Origin: an uncultured Acidobacteriota bacterium
GTDB lineage: Bacteria > Acidobacteriota > Terriglobia > Terriglobales > Acidobacteriaceae
Length of the DNA stretch: 64,000 nt
Assembly: GCA_963738165.1 (NCBI GenBank)
Contig: CAVTVE010000005.1
Location: forward strand, 19,585-83,584
Reading direction: 5' to 3'
Below are positions 36,971 through 46,731 of the stretch, one piece after another (position 1 is the stretch's first letter; every line of letters begins with the position of its first letter). The position numbers and the translations under genes are program-made. Below the pieces are notes generated by a model, which ran no database searches, was not told the origin of the DNA, and was given only the letters and a program-made list of their open reading frames with translations.

Positions 36971-37579
36971 TTTAGTGGATCTATATGGCGACGGCACAGA
37001 CGCCAATGCACGTCCCTATAGACCGGTAAATCGAGAAGAGCCGTTCTCAGGTGGGCGATCAGGCTAAAGCGCTAACCGAACTCGGTTTACGTCGCCTCAC
37101 CTCGATACGTACCGGAAAACACTGTAGCATCAGGAAACCCTGAAAAAAATGCCCTGTAGTTCAGATGTAGCGACAGGGGAGAGTCGTGCGAGCTGATCCA
37201 AAGCCGGAGCCACAAAGGGTATTCTAGATCACCCTTCCAAGTCATTGAAATCAGTGACTCACAAACAAGGGTCGGAGCTGGTCAGAAAACTACAGTCTCA
37301 TAATAGGTTTGACTGTGTTTCTGGAAGCGGGATGTCATTCACGCAACGAGTACCGACGCTTCTGTCGCTTGACAAGCGCTCCGCGATGAAGGTCTCGATA
37401 AGCCGCGGGACGACCCATTCGTTAATCAGAAGTTCAAGAGTTTGTGAATTTTCGCTTGCGGGTTGATTTTCTTGTTGTAATTCGGCCGCTCGGCGGCCAC
37501 TAGGGTTGAACACTCTCTATACCTCCATGCATGCACTTTGATGTGCAACTGTGTTGATTGGGACTGGCAGATAACCAGT

Positions 37580-37610
37580 AATAAAAGAGAAGGCCGCCAA
37601 GGTAGCGGCC
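37580..37610 (-). terminator. Possible rho-independent terminator (minus strand)
   Basis: GGCCGC-TACCTTG-GCGGCC on the minus strand, followed by TTCTCTTTTATT. It lies downstream of the recombinase fragment. Confidence 0.45.
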
Positions 37611-37632
37611 GGTTTGGATGTGAATGTCAGGC

Positions 37633-38052
37633 TCATAAGTTGAGCCTGACACTGTATTGCGCGCTCCGAGTGAAACGCGAAGTAGGGGTGCTCTCTCTTG
37701 TGTTATCCAAGATTTCGTTGCAGATGGAAAGAACATCTGAAACATTCCGGCCTAATCTGGAGGTATCGTCGACTAGAATTCCGGCGAACGTTGCCTTTCC
37801 CGTTTCAACAACTGAAAGCAGGCTGACCAGTTTGTCTCTTGTAGCCAATGTTTGACCTGAGAGTCCCTCGTCAGAGAGGATGAGGTCCTCTCTGACGAGC
37901 CACCCCTTCTGGCGGGCGTACGACATGCAACTTTGGACTTGGCTTTCAGTAGAGTCTTGAAAGTCATCGTTGGAATACCGGGTATAGATTGCGACCGTCG
38001 GGGGAAGGTCCAGAGCCAAGGATTCATGCGGACGGTACAGGGGGCGCGTCAT
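37633..38052 (-). pseudogene. Serine recombinase catalytic-domain fragment
   Basis: VAIYTRYSNDD (catalytic Ser), DEGLSGQTLATRDKLVSLL, ILVDDTSRLGRNVSDVL. Only 139 aa, with no DNA-binding or large-recombinase C-terminal domains. The stop codon lies inside a perfect 11-bp-stem hairpin (37625-37651). Confidence 0.65.
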
Positions 38053-38695
38053 AGGGTCGCCCTCCCCGTCTGCCCGCTCGCAAACATAGCTAAGTTGTTG
38101 AAAATGTGAACTAGTTCAGGCGATGGCGAGATGCAGAGAGTTCTATATGAGGTGAGTAAGGGGAGCCATTCTTCGTTTTGGCCCATTTCAAGCCCCACCG
38201 ACCCCACCGGCATCACCAACGCATCCCAGCTATGAAAGGCAAAGTGCCTACTTTGTGGATACCGCTATCCGATGCTGGCGGAATGCTACAAGGCCGCAGC
38301 AGATGGATCCGGAAAAATTGAACAGAGCCGTTGCCTTGCGAACTTAAATATCTCTTTCGCAAGCCACCAGCAAAACCATCCTTTCCAGTTTGAGTCGCGC
38401 GTTTAGTCTGCGATTCAGCATTCGACCGCCTTAGCCGGAGGGCTGAGCACTGCCTGCACAGCTCTGGTTTGGCAATAGGCAACCCCGTTTGTTATTTCGG
38501 CAACAACCCTGAATGGGATGGTGACATCGCGAGCTTCGATCCTGCGAAACCGAAACGTGGTGCTCACCTGTTCGGTCTGCTGTGTATCCTGCCGTTAAAG
38601 TGGGCAGACCGTGCATTAGCTCAGCCAAAGGACCAGACTGCGGCTGTATTCGCGCTAATCCAAATATTAGCAGTGGAGCTACAAGGAAGACGATT

Positions 38696-38914
38696 GTGGA
38701 AAGAAAGAATCGGGCGATTTCTGCTGTAGTTCCTGCAACTCTATTGTTATCACCTTCTGCACTGGCGCAAGGCAACAACCCACCTGCGACGCAGGAGAAA
38801 CCACCAGCCCCAAAAACTGGAAATCACGGAAATGCCGTCCATCCTCGGGCGGTTCGCCTTGGGGGATGCGACTGTAAATCGCATTCCTCTTCCCCAAATT
38901 GCCTGCTGCGATAA
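38696..38914 (+). CDS. Possible small secreted protein (72 aa)
   Basis: GTG start preceded by AAGGAAG. ERKNRAISAVVPATLLLSPSALAQG looks like a signal peptide. C-terminal CDC...C. Confidence 0.35.
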   Translation: MERKNRAISAVVPATLLLSPSALAQGNNPPATQEKPPAPKTGNHGNAVHPRAVRLGGCDCKSHSSSPNCLLR

Positions 38915-38970
38915 AGAAGAAGTGAGGCGACTGCCACAAAGGCAGAAGTAAGAAAAAGGAGGATAGTCAA

Positions 38971-39513
38971 ATGAAAATACGGATTGCAGTGTGGCTCCCG
39001 CTTTGTGTATTTCTTGCGTGCTGTCCAGTGACTTTCGCGCAAGGAACGTCGCAGTCACAAAACACAGAAACCCAGGCAGCGCCGTCCGCACAGACAGACA
39101 CGCAAGAGAAGAATATCCAGGAATACATTGAACTTTTGCGCACCGATATTCGCCAGCAGAAGGGCGAGGTCATGGGCGCCATGATGGCATTGAGTGTGGA
39201 TCAATCAGCAAAATTCTGGCCGATTTACAGCCAGTATGACGCGGAGTTAACCAAGCTGAACAACCAGCGGATTGCCACCATTCAGGAGTACGTCCGCAAT
39301 TACGACCAGATGACCGACGCCAAAGCCGATGAACTGGTTCGGAAAGCTCTCGATTACCGCAGGAAGCGTTCCGAGCTTCTTGCGAAATACTATGGCCGCG
39401 TCAAGGCGTCGCTTGGGTCCATCGAAGCCGCGCGTTTCCTTCAGATCGAACACCAGTTGCTCTCGATCATCGATCTTCGAATTGAGGCGGCTTTGCCGAT
39501 TGTTGGTGCGTGA
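38971..39513 (+). CDS. Hypothetical secreted helical protein
   Basis: AGGAGG RBS. Signal peptide MKIRIAVWLPLCVFLACCPVTFAQG. No family recognised. Confidence 0.65.
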   Translation: MKIRIAVWLPLCVFLACCPVTFAQGTSQSQNTETQAAPSAQTDTQEKNIQEYIELLRTDIRQQKGEVMGAMMALSVDQSAKFWPIYSQYDAELTKLNNQRIATIQEYVRNYDQMTDAKADELVRKALDYRRKRSELLAKYYGRVKASLGSIEAARFLQIEHQLLSIIDLRIEAALPIVGA

Positions 39514-39536
39514 ACTCTACTCAGGGAGATAAAAAC

Positions 39537-40160
39537 ATGCGACATACATTTTCGATAGCGGCTTTGGCCACGTTAGTAGCGATCTCCACAGTGGTCTCAG
39601 CGCAAACGCAAGCAGCACCAACCCGGCTTACCGTTCCTGCGGGAACGCGCGTTCTGGTCCGCACGAATGAACCCGTGGATTCGAGCAAGCAGCAGGCAGG
39701 ATATCGCTTCACCGGGAGCCTGGAGACAAATCTGCAGGCCGAGGATGTAGTAGTTGCGCCAAGAGGCACGACAGTTCATCTCCGGCTTGCCAACGCTCAA
39801 TCGGCGGGCAGGATGTCAGGCGGCGCCGGACTGACTCTGGAATTAACCGACATCATCATTAACGATACCGCCTATCCGATTCTGACGAGTACTTATGAAG
39901 TGCGCTCAGAAGGGAAGGGCGGAAAGACAGCCAAGAGAACCTTTGGTGGGGCAGGACTTGGTGCGCTGATTGGCGGAGTAGCTGGAGGAGGAAAGGGCGC
40001 TGCAATCGGCGCAGTCTCCGGCGGGGCCCTCGGGACCGCCACCTCCGCAGCCACATCAGGGAAGCAGGTAGCAGTTCCCAGTGAATCTCTGCTTGAGTTC
40101 AGGCTCGAGCAACCGGTCAGCCTACCCGTGGAGCAGAAGCATGGGAATGATGCAAGGTAA
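39537..40160 (+). CDS. Hypothetical secreted protein with C-terminal glycine-zipper segment
   Basis: Signal peptide MRHTFSIAALATLVAISTVVSAQT. GGAGLGALIGGVAGGGKGAAIGAVSGGALG. Confidence 0.65.
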   Translation: MRHTFSIAALATLVAISTVVSAQTQAAPTRLTVPAGTRVLVRTNEPVDSSKQQAGYRFTGSLETNLQAEDVVVAPRGTTVHLRLANAQSAGRMSGGAGLTLELTDIIINDTAYPILTSTYEVRSEGKGGKTAKRTFGGAGLGALIGGVAGGGKGAAIGAVSGGALGTATSAATSGKQVAVPSESLLEFRLEQPVSLPVEQKHGNDAR

Positions 40161-40174
40161 CCACTAGAGATTCG

Positions 40175-40564
40175 ATGCCGGATCAACCGACGAAGCGCAC
40201 GCTCGATTCATCGACGAGATTGTCGTTTGAGCGCACGCGCGCGTCCTATGATCGCACGATGATGTCCTGGATTAGGACTGCGACTTCGCTGATCACCTTC
40301 GGCTTCGGCATATACAAATTCTTTCAGCTCGAACTGGGACGTGGCTCCAATCCCAATCGCTTGATCGGGCCACGCGAATTCTCACTGATGATGGTCGGCA
40401 TCGGACTGTTATCGCTGCTCCTGGGCACCCTGGAACATTCGCGGAGCATGCGATCCTTGAGAGCGGAGTACCCCGAAATGCAGCGCTCGCGAACAGGCAT
40501 AGTAGCGCTGTTTATTCTCGCTCTAGGAATTATGGCATTGATCGCGGTCGTCTTCCGGCAATAA
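40175..40564 (+). CDS. DUF202 (YidH-like) membrane protein
   Basis: LSFERTRASYDRTMMSWIRTATSLITFGFGIYKF, followed by two more TM helices. Confidence 0.75.
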   Translation: MPDQPTKRTLDSSTRLSFERTRASYDRTMMSWIRTATSLITFGFGIYKFFQLELGRGSNPNRLIGPREFSLMMVGIGLLSLLLGTLEHSRSMRSLRAEYPEMQRSRTGIVALFILALGIMALIAVVFRQ

Positions 40565-40598
40565 AGCATCGCCCGCCTTTTGTGCGAATTCTGGCGCG

Positions 40599-41435
40599 TT
40601 ACTTAATGTGGTATGACGCTCCTATTATCGCGCCGGAGGTGACCAGGTTGAAGACAGAAGACCTGTTTCCACGGTAGTCAACAAACAAGTATCGATAGCC
40701 TGCGAGCAAAGTCCATTTTGGCTTGACCTTGTAGCCAAGCAGCGCCGCAAACTGATAATCCAGTTTCGCGGTTGCGTTCCAACCGCCCACATCTCCTAGT
40801 AGATGAATCTGTGCCTTCTCACCCACGGCATGCTGAACGTGTCCGCCAATCACGATATCCCCCCAACTCTGCGAACGTTGGAAATTCAAGCCCAGTCGGG
40901 ACGGATTGAAGTTCAATTTTTGCCCCAAATGCCAGTAGCGGGCACCCAAATTGGCGTCCACCTTCATCTTCTTTTGATCGACTACGCGATAACCAACCTT
41001 CGGGGTCCAAACTAACTCACCCACTCGCACGTCAGCGGAAACCGCAGCCAGCCTGGGGAAGGGCAGCGCGGAACTATCGGAAAGCCTGATCCACAGCAGA
41101 TCACTATTCACTAGGAACCGCTTGTGGCGGACTTCAGCCGCACCCATGACACCGATATCGGCGTGGGAGAGCAAATCGCCCGTACTCACGTGCACGCTGG
41201 CGTTCCGCCCCAACGCGCCCACGGTTCCGTGCGCGCCCGCAAACCAGAGATAAGGACTGAAATCGAAGTGCCAAGCCCCATCTGGATCTGCAGGATCAAG
41301 TGTCTTCCCAGGGGCTGAACTCGGCGTCTCCGTCTGCGTTTCTGTCGCAGAAGGTTTTTCCTGCGCGGTTAACGGCCAGCAAAACAGCAAACCCACGGTC
41401 GCTATCACGATCAACATTCTTCTGGCTGAGTCCAT
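40599..41435 (-). CDS. Probable outer-membrane beta-barrel protein
   Basis: Signal peptide MLIVIATVGLLFCWPLTAQE. Alternating hydrophobic beta-strand pattern throughout. Confidence 0.5.
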   Translation of the reverse strand: MDSARRMLIVIATVGLLFCWPLTAQEKPSATETQTETPSSAPGKTLDPADPDGAWHFDFSPYLWFAGAHGTVGALGRNASVHVSTGDLLSHADIGVMGAAEVRHKRFLVNSDLLWIRLSDSSALPFPRLAAVSADVRVGELVWTPKVGYRVVDQKKMKVDANLGARYWHLGQKLNFNPSRLGLNFQRSQSWGDIVIGGHVQHAVGEKAQIHLLGDVGGWNATAKLDYQFAALLGYKVKPKWTLLAGYRYLFVDYRGNRSSVFNLVTSGAIIGASYHIK

Positions 41436-41472
41436 CGCTTTCTCGTGCTTACTATTGATAGTTACGGGTCTT

Positions 41473-42195
41473 CTAGTGTGATAACTTTCGGTATCCAGAG
41501 TTAGTTATGTTTACCGTAAGATTCTTTGCTTTGGCGACTAAGACCTCCGTCGCCGGGTAACCCGTCCCATTCTCAAGGGACGAGAAGCGAACATTCAGGG
41601 TGACCGTATCCTTTGGGTCGTCCAGGTAGGTACCCACCGTCAGCCCCATCAGCCGGTTGCTGGCGGGATCGACTTCCACCGTCAACACATCGCCGGGCTG
41701 AGCGTAGTTGCGGAAGTTAATGCGTGCCCCTTTACCGCCACCGGGCAGGTCCACGCTGACGTTGCCTGCATCCTTAACGGCCTGGATTTTCGCGGGGTCG
41801 GGTGGAACATAGGTCTTTACCAATGCCACCGCCTGCTTCATGTAGTCCGTCAGTTCCCCCTTCTTCTTCTCGATGATGTGGCCCCTCAATCCCCGCTTCT
41901 TACTCTGTGGAGACTCTGTCAAGTCGACCTTCTGTAACGAGCCCTCAGCCCCGTAATAGCATTGCTTCTGCTCCCGCGATTTTTCCTCGCCTTTGAGGCT
42001 GATCACCGTGGTTTCGATCCATTCATATTGTCGAATATTCTGCCGGTCCCGGGCTACGGTTTCCTTGAGCGCAGCGACGCGCTGCTGCACTTCCGGATTC
42101 TGTGCCTTGGCGGGACAGATCGTTCCTGCACCAGCCAGGAGAATGAGCGAAGTCAGTAGCGTGGTACACAAGTTATGCCATGCTGTATTTCTCAT
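41473..42195 (-). CDS. Hypothetical secreted protein
   Basis: ATG 42195 is preceded by GAGAGGAG. Signal peptide MRNTAWHNLCTTLLTSLILLAGAGTICPAKAQ. Confidence 0.65.
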   Translation of the reverse strand: MRNTAWHNLCTTLLTSLILLAGAGTICPAKAQNPEVQQRVAALKETVARDRQNIRQYEWIETTVISLKGEEKSREQKQCYYGAEGSLQKVDLTESPQSKKRGLRGHIIEKKKGELTDYMKQAVALVKTYVPPDPAKIQAVKDAGNVSVDLPGGGKGARINFRNYAQPGDVLTVEVDPASNRLMGLTVGTYLDDPKDTVTLNVRFSSLENGTGYPATEVLVAKAKNLTVNITNSGYRKLSH

Positions 42196-42500
42196 GAAGT
42201 CTCCTCTCGACACAGAAGAAAAATACGATGTTGGCTTTTGGGTCACCATTCTTGATCCCCTTACCAACTCTGCGTAGACCCTCGCACCATTGAATCTGGA
42301 GGATTCTTGGGACTTTAGGAACTGGCAAAAGTGACAGGGCGGTTCAATTAGTGAGTTCGATGCGAATCCGAGACGAGCAATAAACCCAAATGCGGTGAAG
42401 TTGTGTTTGGGACGCTGTAAAAAGAATGGCTGTTGTGGCGGAAACTAGAACTCCCCCGTGTCGCGCTATCGCTAGGACGGCTTAAAGTCGCTCGTAAGGT

Positions 42501-42809
42501 TCATGCTCTCAGGGGTGTATGCGACCACCACTGCAATAAAAGGCTGCGAATACCAGTCATTTCGGTTGTCACCCTCTCCCGAAGTTCTTGGTTAAGCACC
42601 TCATTGCAAAATTCGCCCACACACGCACCCGGAGACCGGTAGCATTCTTTGGCTACAAGTCGAACTTCAGTCGTGCGGCCCTTCTGCTCAATGACTACAT
42701 AAAATTCACCGCCAAACTTGCGAGCTGCGTTGTTAATGGCAATGAGCCCATATACAGCCGCATTGAAGTTGATAACCTGAGTGCCATCCTCTAGCGTCCA
42801 CTTCAACAT
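42501..42809 (-). CDS. Hypothetical protein
   Basis: Probable start MLKWTLEDG within ORF 42501-42851. No family assigned with confidence. Confidence 0.4.
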   Translation of the reverse strand: MLKWTLEDGTQVINFNAAVYGLIAINNAARKFGGEFYVVIEQKGRTTEVRLVAKECYRSPGACVGEFCNEVLNQELRERVTTEMTGIRSLLLQWWSHTPLRA

Positions 42810-43263
42810 CCCCAGACCTCCAACCGCAGAGCACCAACTGAACAAGCCCACTGGTTAGACGAGCAGCTTGCGAGTAAGTTAGCGGGCTCACTGAGTCCAG
42901 AGCGTATTTCGTAGAAAGTCTGCCGCGCGTCGGAGAAGGGAACAATGATCTAACAGATCAGGCACGTAAGTTGCCGGTTCTTTGCTGCAATACTCTGCTC
43001 TAGTGCAGAACCCCGAGATCTCGCGATCTTTTGCAATTTTCGCTTGCAATAATTTCCAGATGGCGTTTAATGACCCCTGCAGCACGCTCTCGTGCCAGAC
43101 CGTAGAATGAGGGCATCGGTGAAGCACGAGGACTTTTTCAGAACCCAAAAGAGGGTGAAGGAGGGTACCGTAGCGACGACAATCTCTGACATCGCATCAT
43201 CATTTGGCTTGGCTGCCGTGCCCTCAACGGCGCTTGACGGCCTCCCGTCTCAACCGGGCGTGG

Positions 43264-43716
43264 TCATCGGCTGCGCCCGGCTTCGCTGACGACGGGCGAC
43301 GGGCTGTAGACTGGCGCCGACTGCCGCCGTATTTCGTAATTGTGGATCGCCGTTATACCGACCACGGCCGCGTGTACAGAGCTAGTCCAGCGTTCAGCCC
43401 GATGCCACCCCATTCGGTGCAGTAAATAACTGCCACCTAGTTGTGCCCCTACTACGCCAATTGAGAATATAGGCATTTCCACCCGCGACTGTGCAAGTGA
43501 AGTCGGCAGCTCCGCTTCGCGGCCATTGCCGGAATCCAACATCGCCCAAGTTGAGCTACAGTCCATCGCATGGGCGATGGCCACGCCAGACCAAAGCACA
43601 ATATTTTGCTTGTCGAAAAACCTATGCGGCGCCTGTGCTTCTTGCGCGAATGACGGCATTGCGGCAATCACTAGCGAAAGGAGGATGCAAATCTGTACAC
43701 CCTTTGCACTCGACAT
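43264..43716 (-). CDS. Hypothetical secreted/membrane protein
   Basis: ATG 43716 is preceded by AAGGAAA. Signal peptide MSSAKGVQICILLSLVIAAMPSFAQE. Confidence 0.55.
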   Translation of the reverse strand: MSSAKGVQICILLSLVIAAMPSFAQEAQAPHRFFDKQNIVLWSGVAIAHAMDCSSTWAMLDSGNGREAELPTSLAQSRVEMPIFSIGVVGAQLGGSYLLHRMGWHRAERWTSSVHAAVVGITAIHNYEIRRQSAPVYSPSPVVSEAGRSR

Positions 43717-43928
43717 CTGAGTTTCCTTATAAGCATTGTGGCGAAAAGAATCGAAACTCGCACGAGTGCCCCGACGTCCAGACACATCATTGCTATAACA
43801 ACAAAGCGTTGGCTTATTGTGAACGTAAGTAGCTCGAAGCAAGCTAATGCAATCTACTTACTTTTGCGGAGTTTTTTGCTCAGGAGCTTCGGGAGAGAAC
43901 GAATACCCAGTCAGATGTACGTGTCAGG

Positions 43929-45785
43929 TCACTGCACATCAGCAGGCATTTGGATCGGCACTAGTTTCTCCGCTTCCGAGATCATTGTCTCCAGGCTCAT
44001 GCGGATACCTTCACCCCAGAAGTTTTCTTCAGTTGGGTCGAGACCGAACGGTTGAAGAAGTTCGGAAACGCTTTTTGTCGCACCGGAACGGAGCAGGTCA
44101 AGGTACAGCGGTTCGAAGTGGCTCCCCAGTCGCGATTGCTGAGCGTACAAGCTTTGCGTCAATAGCTCGCCAAATGCGTAACCGTAAACGTAAAACGGCC
44201 GGTGAAAATGCGAAACATACGACCAGAGGTGATTCGCGTTCTCATAACTGAAAACCTCGCCGTCCTCACCGTACAACTCTTTCGCCGTAGTAAGCCAAAA
44301 TCCATCGAGTTCTTCCACAGAAAGCTTCTTCGGCTCATTCCATTCCGTGTATGCCGCATTCATTCCGTGTACGCGACGTTCAAAGTTCGAGAACCCAATT
44401 TGCCGCACCACGGTGTTCAGCATACCTTCAATCTTTTGTGTTATCAGCGAAAGCAGCGCCGAATTGTCTCTCTTTTCGGCAAGTTGCTTTCGCAAAAAAG
44501 TGAAGGTCGTCATCTCTCCGAAAACCGAGGCGGTCTCACAGTATGCAATCGGCGGATGAAACATCAGTGGTCCTTGCGCTTCGCCGGCCAGAATGCCATG
44601 AACACCGTGCCCGAGTTCATGTGCAAGCGTCATCACGTCGTGATTCGAACCCAGGTAATTCAAAAAAGTGAACGATTGCGACCGGTTTCCAGGAAGCACA
44701 AAAGAACAGTTGAATGCTCCGCCGCGCTTGCCTGTCGTTGCGGGTACATCGATGTGCTTTGACGCAATAAAATTCTGAATGATGCCCGTAAGCGTCGGGC
44801 TGAAACTTTCATACGCCGCAAGAACCGTGGAAATCGCGCTCTCATATGGCACCACGGTGGTATCCGCAAACGGCAACGGCGCATTTCGATCGCTCCACCT
44901 CAGCGTCTTCATGCCGAGCAACTCGGCTTTGAGACGATAGTAACGGCGAGCGAGCGGTCCTGCGACATGGGTTACCGCATTATGCAATGCATCCACCACT
45001 GCATCAGGAATCCGGTTCTCCTTATTCCTCGGCTCCATCGGATTGCGGTAATTACGTTCCTTTCGCTCTACGGCATTCTTCCCAACGATTACATAGAGCG
45101 TCTGCGCCGAATACTTGGCGAAGTATCCTCCAAGGCCATCATTGATTGTCTTCTGTACTTCCGCACGAAGCGCGGCATCCTTCGAATTTGTGAGTATGTC
45201 CAGCATCTCGGTTAAGTTCTTCTTTTCGGCCTTGTGGTCGAATCGAAGATCCGCCTCGCATTCGTCGAAAAACTCATCCCACGAGGCTGGGCCAAACGGT
45301 GAACGCTTTGTAAGAGCAGCTTCCACGGGCTCGCTCAAAAAATGAGGCTTAAAGACTCGCTGATGCTCAATCCACGGCCGATGTCTCTGCACTACGGAAT
45401 CGTTCGCGTACCATTTCTCAAGAGTCGCATCGTCGAGTCCCACCAACTCCAATTCGAAGAACGTCAGATACTCACCCTGAACTTGGCTCATGGTCTGTTG
45501 TGCATCGGCGATCTTCGCTTTCACCTCCTCGTTCGTCACGTCCAAACTTTGCTGAAGAGAGAGATAGACCATGATCTTTCCCCCAAGCATATCGAGCTCC
45601 GAATAGTCGGAGATGGCTGAGCCCAGCTTATCGGCCAGCTTGCCTTTGTAATTCAAGCTGAACTGCTGTGCTTGCTTGGTGAATTCCGCGATATCCGTGT
45701 CGATTTGCGGATCACTGATTCCCGCGTATATGGAGGTCAAGTCCCAACGGACGTCGCTATCAGAGATATGGTGACCAGGTGTCAT
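43929..45785 (-). CDS. pepF: Oligoendopeptidase F-like M3-family metallopeptidase
   Basis: Zinc motif TLAHELGHGVHGILA, with length and pattern of the M3B PepF group. The start is uncertain (ATG 45785, or the upstream start of ORF at 45875). Confidence 0.85.
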   Translation of the reverse strand: MTPGHHISDSDVRWDLTSIYAGISDPQIDTDIAEFTKQAQQFSLNYKGKLADKLGSAISDYSELDMLGGKIMVYLSLQQSLDVTNEEVKAKIADAQQTMSQVQGEYLTFFELELVGLDDATLEKWYANDSVVQRHRPWIEHQRVFKPHFLSEPVEAALTKRSPFGPASWDEFFDECEADLRFDHKAEKKNLTEMLDILTNSKDAALRAEVQKTINDGLGGYFAKYSAQTLYVIVGKNAVERKERNYRNPMEPRNKENRIPDAVVDALHNAVTHVAGPLARRYYRLKAELLGMKTLRWSDRNAPLPFADTTVVPYESAISTVLAAYESFSPTLTGIIQNFIASKHIDVPATTGKRGGAFNCSFVLPGNRSQSFTFLNYLGSNHDVMTLAHELGHGVHGILAGEAQGPLMFHPPIAYCETASVFGEMTTFTFLRKQLAEKRDNSALLSLITQKIEGMLNTVVRQIGFSNFERRVHGMNAAYTEWNEPKKLSVEELDGFWLTTAKELYGEDGEVFSYENANHLWSYVSHFHRPFYVYGYAFGELLTQSLYAQQSRLGSHFEPLYLDLLRSGATKSVSELLQPFGLDPTEENFWGEGIRMSLETMISEAEKLVPIQMPADVQ

Positions 45786-45896
45786 GGTGAGTCGGAGTCT
45801 TTCTTGATGCGGATTGTTGGCGGTTGTCCAGCTACGACCGATTCCGGGCGGGGCAGCAACCGCGCCCGGAGCCATTCCTGATTTTAAGCGGCGCGT

Positions 45897-46193
45897 TTAA
45901 GCTGCGCGACTGATATCGCCTTTGCCCCCTCCCAGTCTGTTTCTATTCCCGGTAATCAGGCGGACGATCGCCGTCAGAACGACAGCTCCCCCGATTGCGA
46001 CCAGAATTGTGTATATCAGTCCTCCCTGTCCGGCAAAGCCAAGCGCCTGCATAATCCAGCCGCCTATGACGGCTCCAATCATGCCGATCACGATATCCAT
46101 GAACGCTCCATATCCTGACCCGCGCATTATCTTGCCCGTGGCCCATCCTGCGATCAACCCGACGATCAACCACCAAACTATTCTCACTTCCAC
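45897..46193 (-). CDS. GlsB/YeaQ/YmgE-family (transglycosylase-associated) small membrane protein
   Basis: WLIVGLIAGWATGKIMRGSGYGAFMDIVIGMIGAVIGGWI. Confidence 0.8.
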   Translation of the reverse strand: MEVRIVWWLIVGLIAGWATGKIMRGSGYGAFMDIVIGMIGAVIGGWIMQALGFAGQGGLIYTILVAIGGAVVLTAIVRLITGNRNRLGGGKGDISRAA

Positions 46194-46327
46194 ACCTCCC
46201 CGTGTTCTTTCATCTAATTTCGATGCAAGAGGTTAGAATGGGGTGTTTCTCTGAATAATCGTACGGCAACCCGAAGCACGCGCGTGAGTCGCGCCGGGTT
46301 CTGCTCAGTATCTACGCGGGAAACCAA

Positions 46328-46549
46328 TTAGCTGTCCTTTCGATACAGAAGTTCGCGCATCGCCTGCCGCCGCGCTTCGTTCGCCTCATTCGTAGTCTTA
46401 CGTTCATCGGCATCCATGCGGCGCTGAGTTACAGGATCAGCTGTTTCGGGGTCGCTGCATTCTGGGCAGCGGTTGGCGAAGCCCGGCTTATTCGGCTTCA
46501 GCTCGAACTCTTCTTGGCAGACGATGCAGACTTTGATGGGAAACGACAT
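46328..46549 (-). CDS. Hypothetical zinc-ribbon protein
   Basis: ATG 46549 is preceded by GGAGG. CIVC...CPEC. Confidence 0.5.
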   Translation of the reverse strand: MSFPIKVCIVCQEEFELKPNKPGFANRCPECSDPETADPVTQRRMDADERKTTNEANEARRQAMRELLYRKDS

Positions 46550-46731
46550 TGAGCCTCCGTAGCGGGCCACACCAGCAGTGCAGGTGCAAAAGGCGCTCTA
46601 CGCATTGTACCCAACACACTCCAAAAGATACGACGGAAAAGGGACGGACAGCACTGTATTCTTCGGCATCTAACCTTCGTGTTTCAGTCGTGATGAAGAT
46701 AAACCTCAGGAGCATAAATCAGGAGAAAAAG

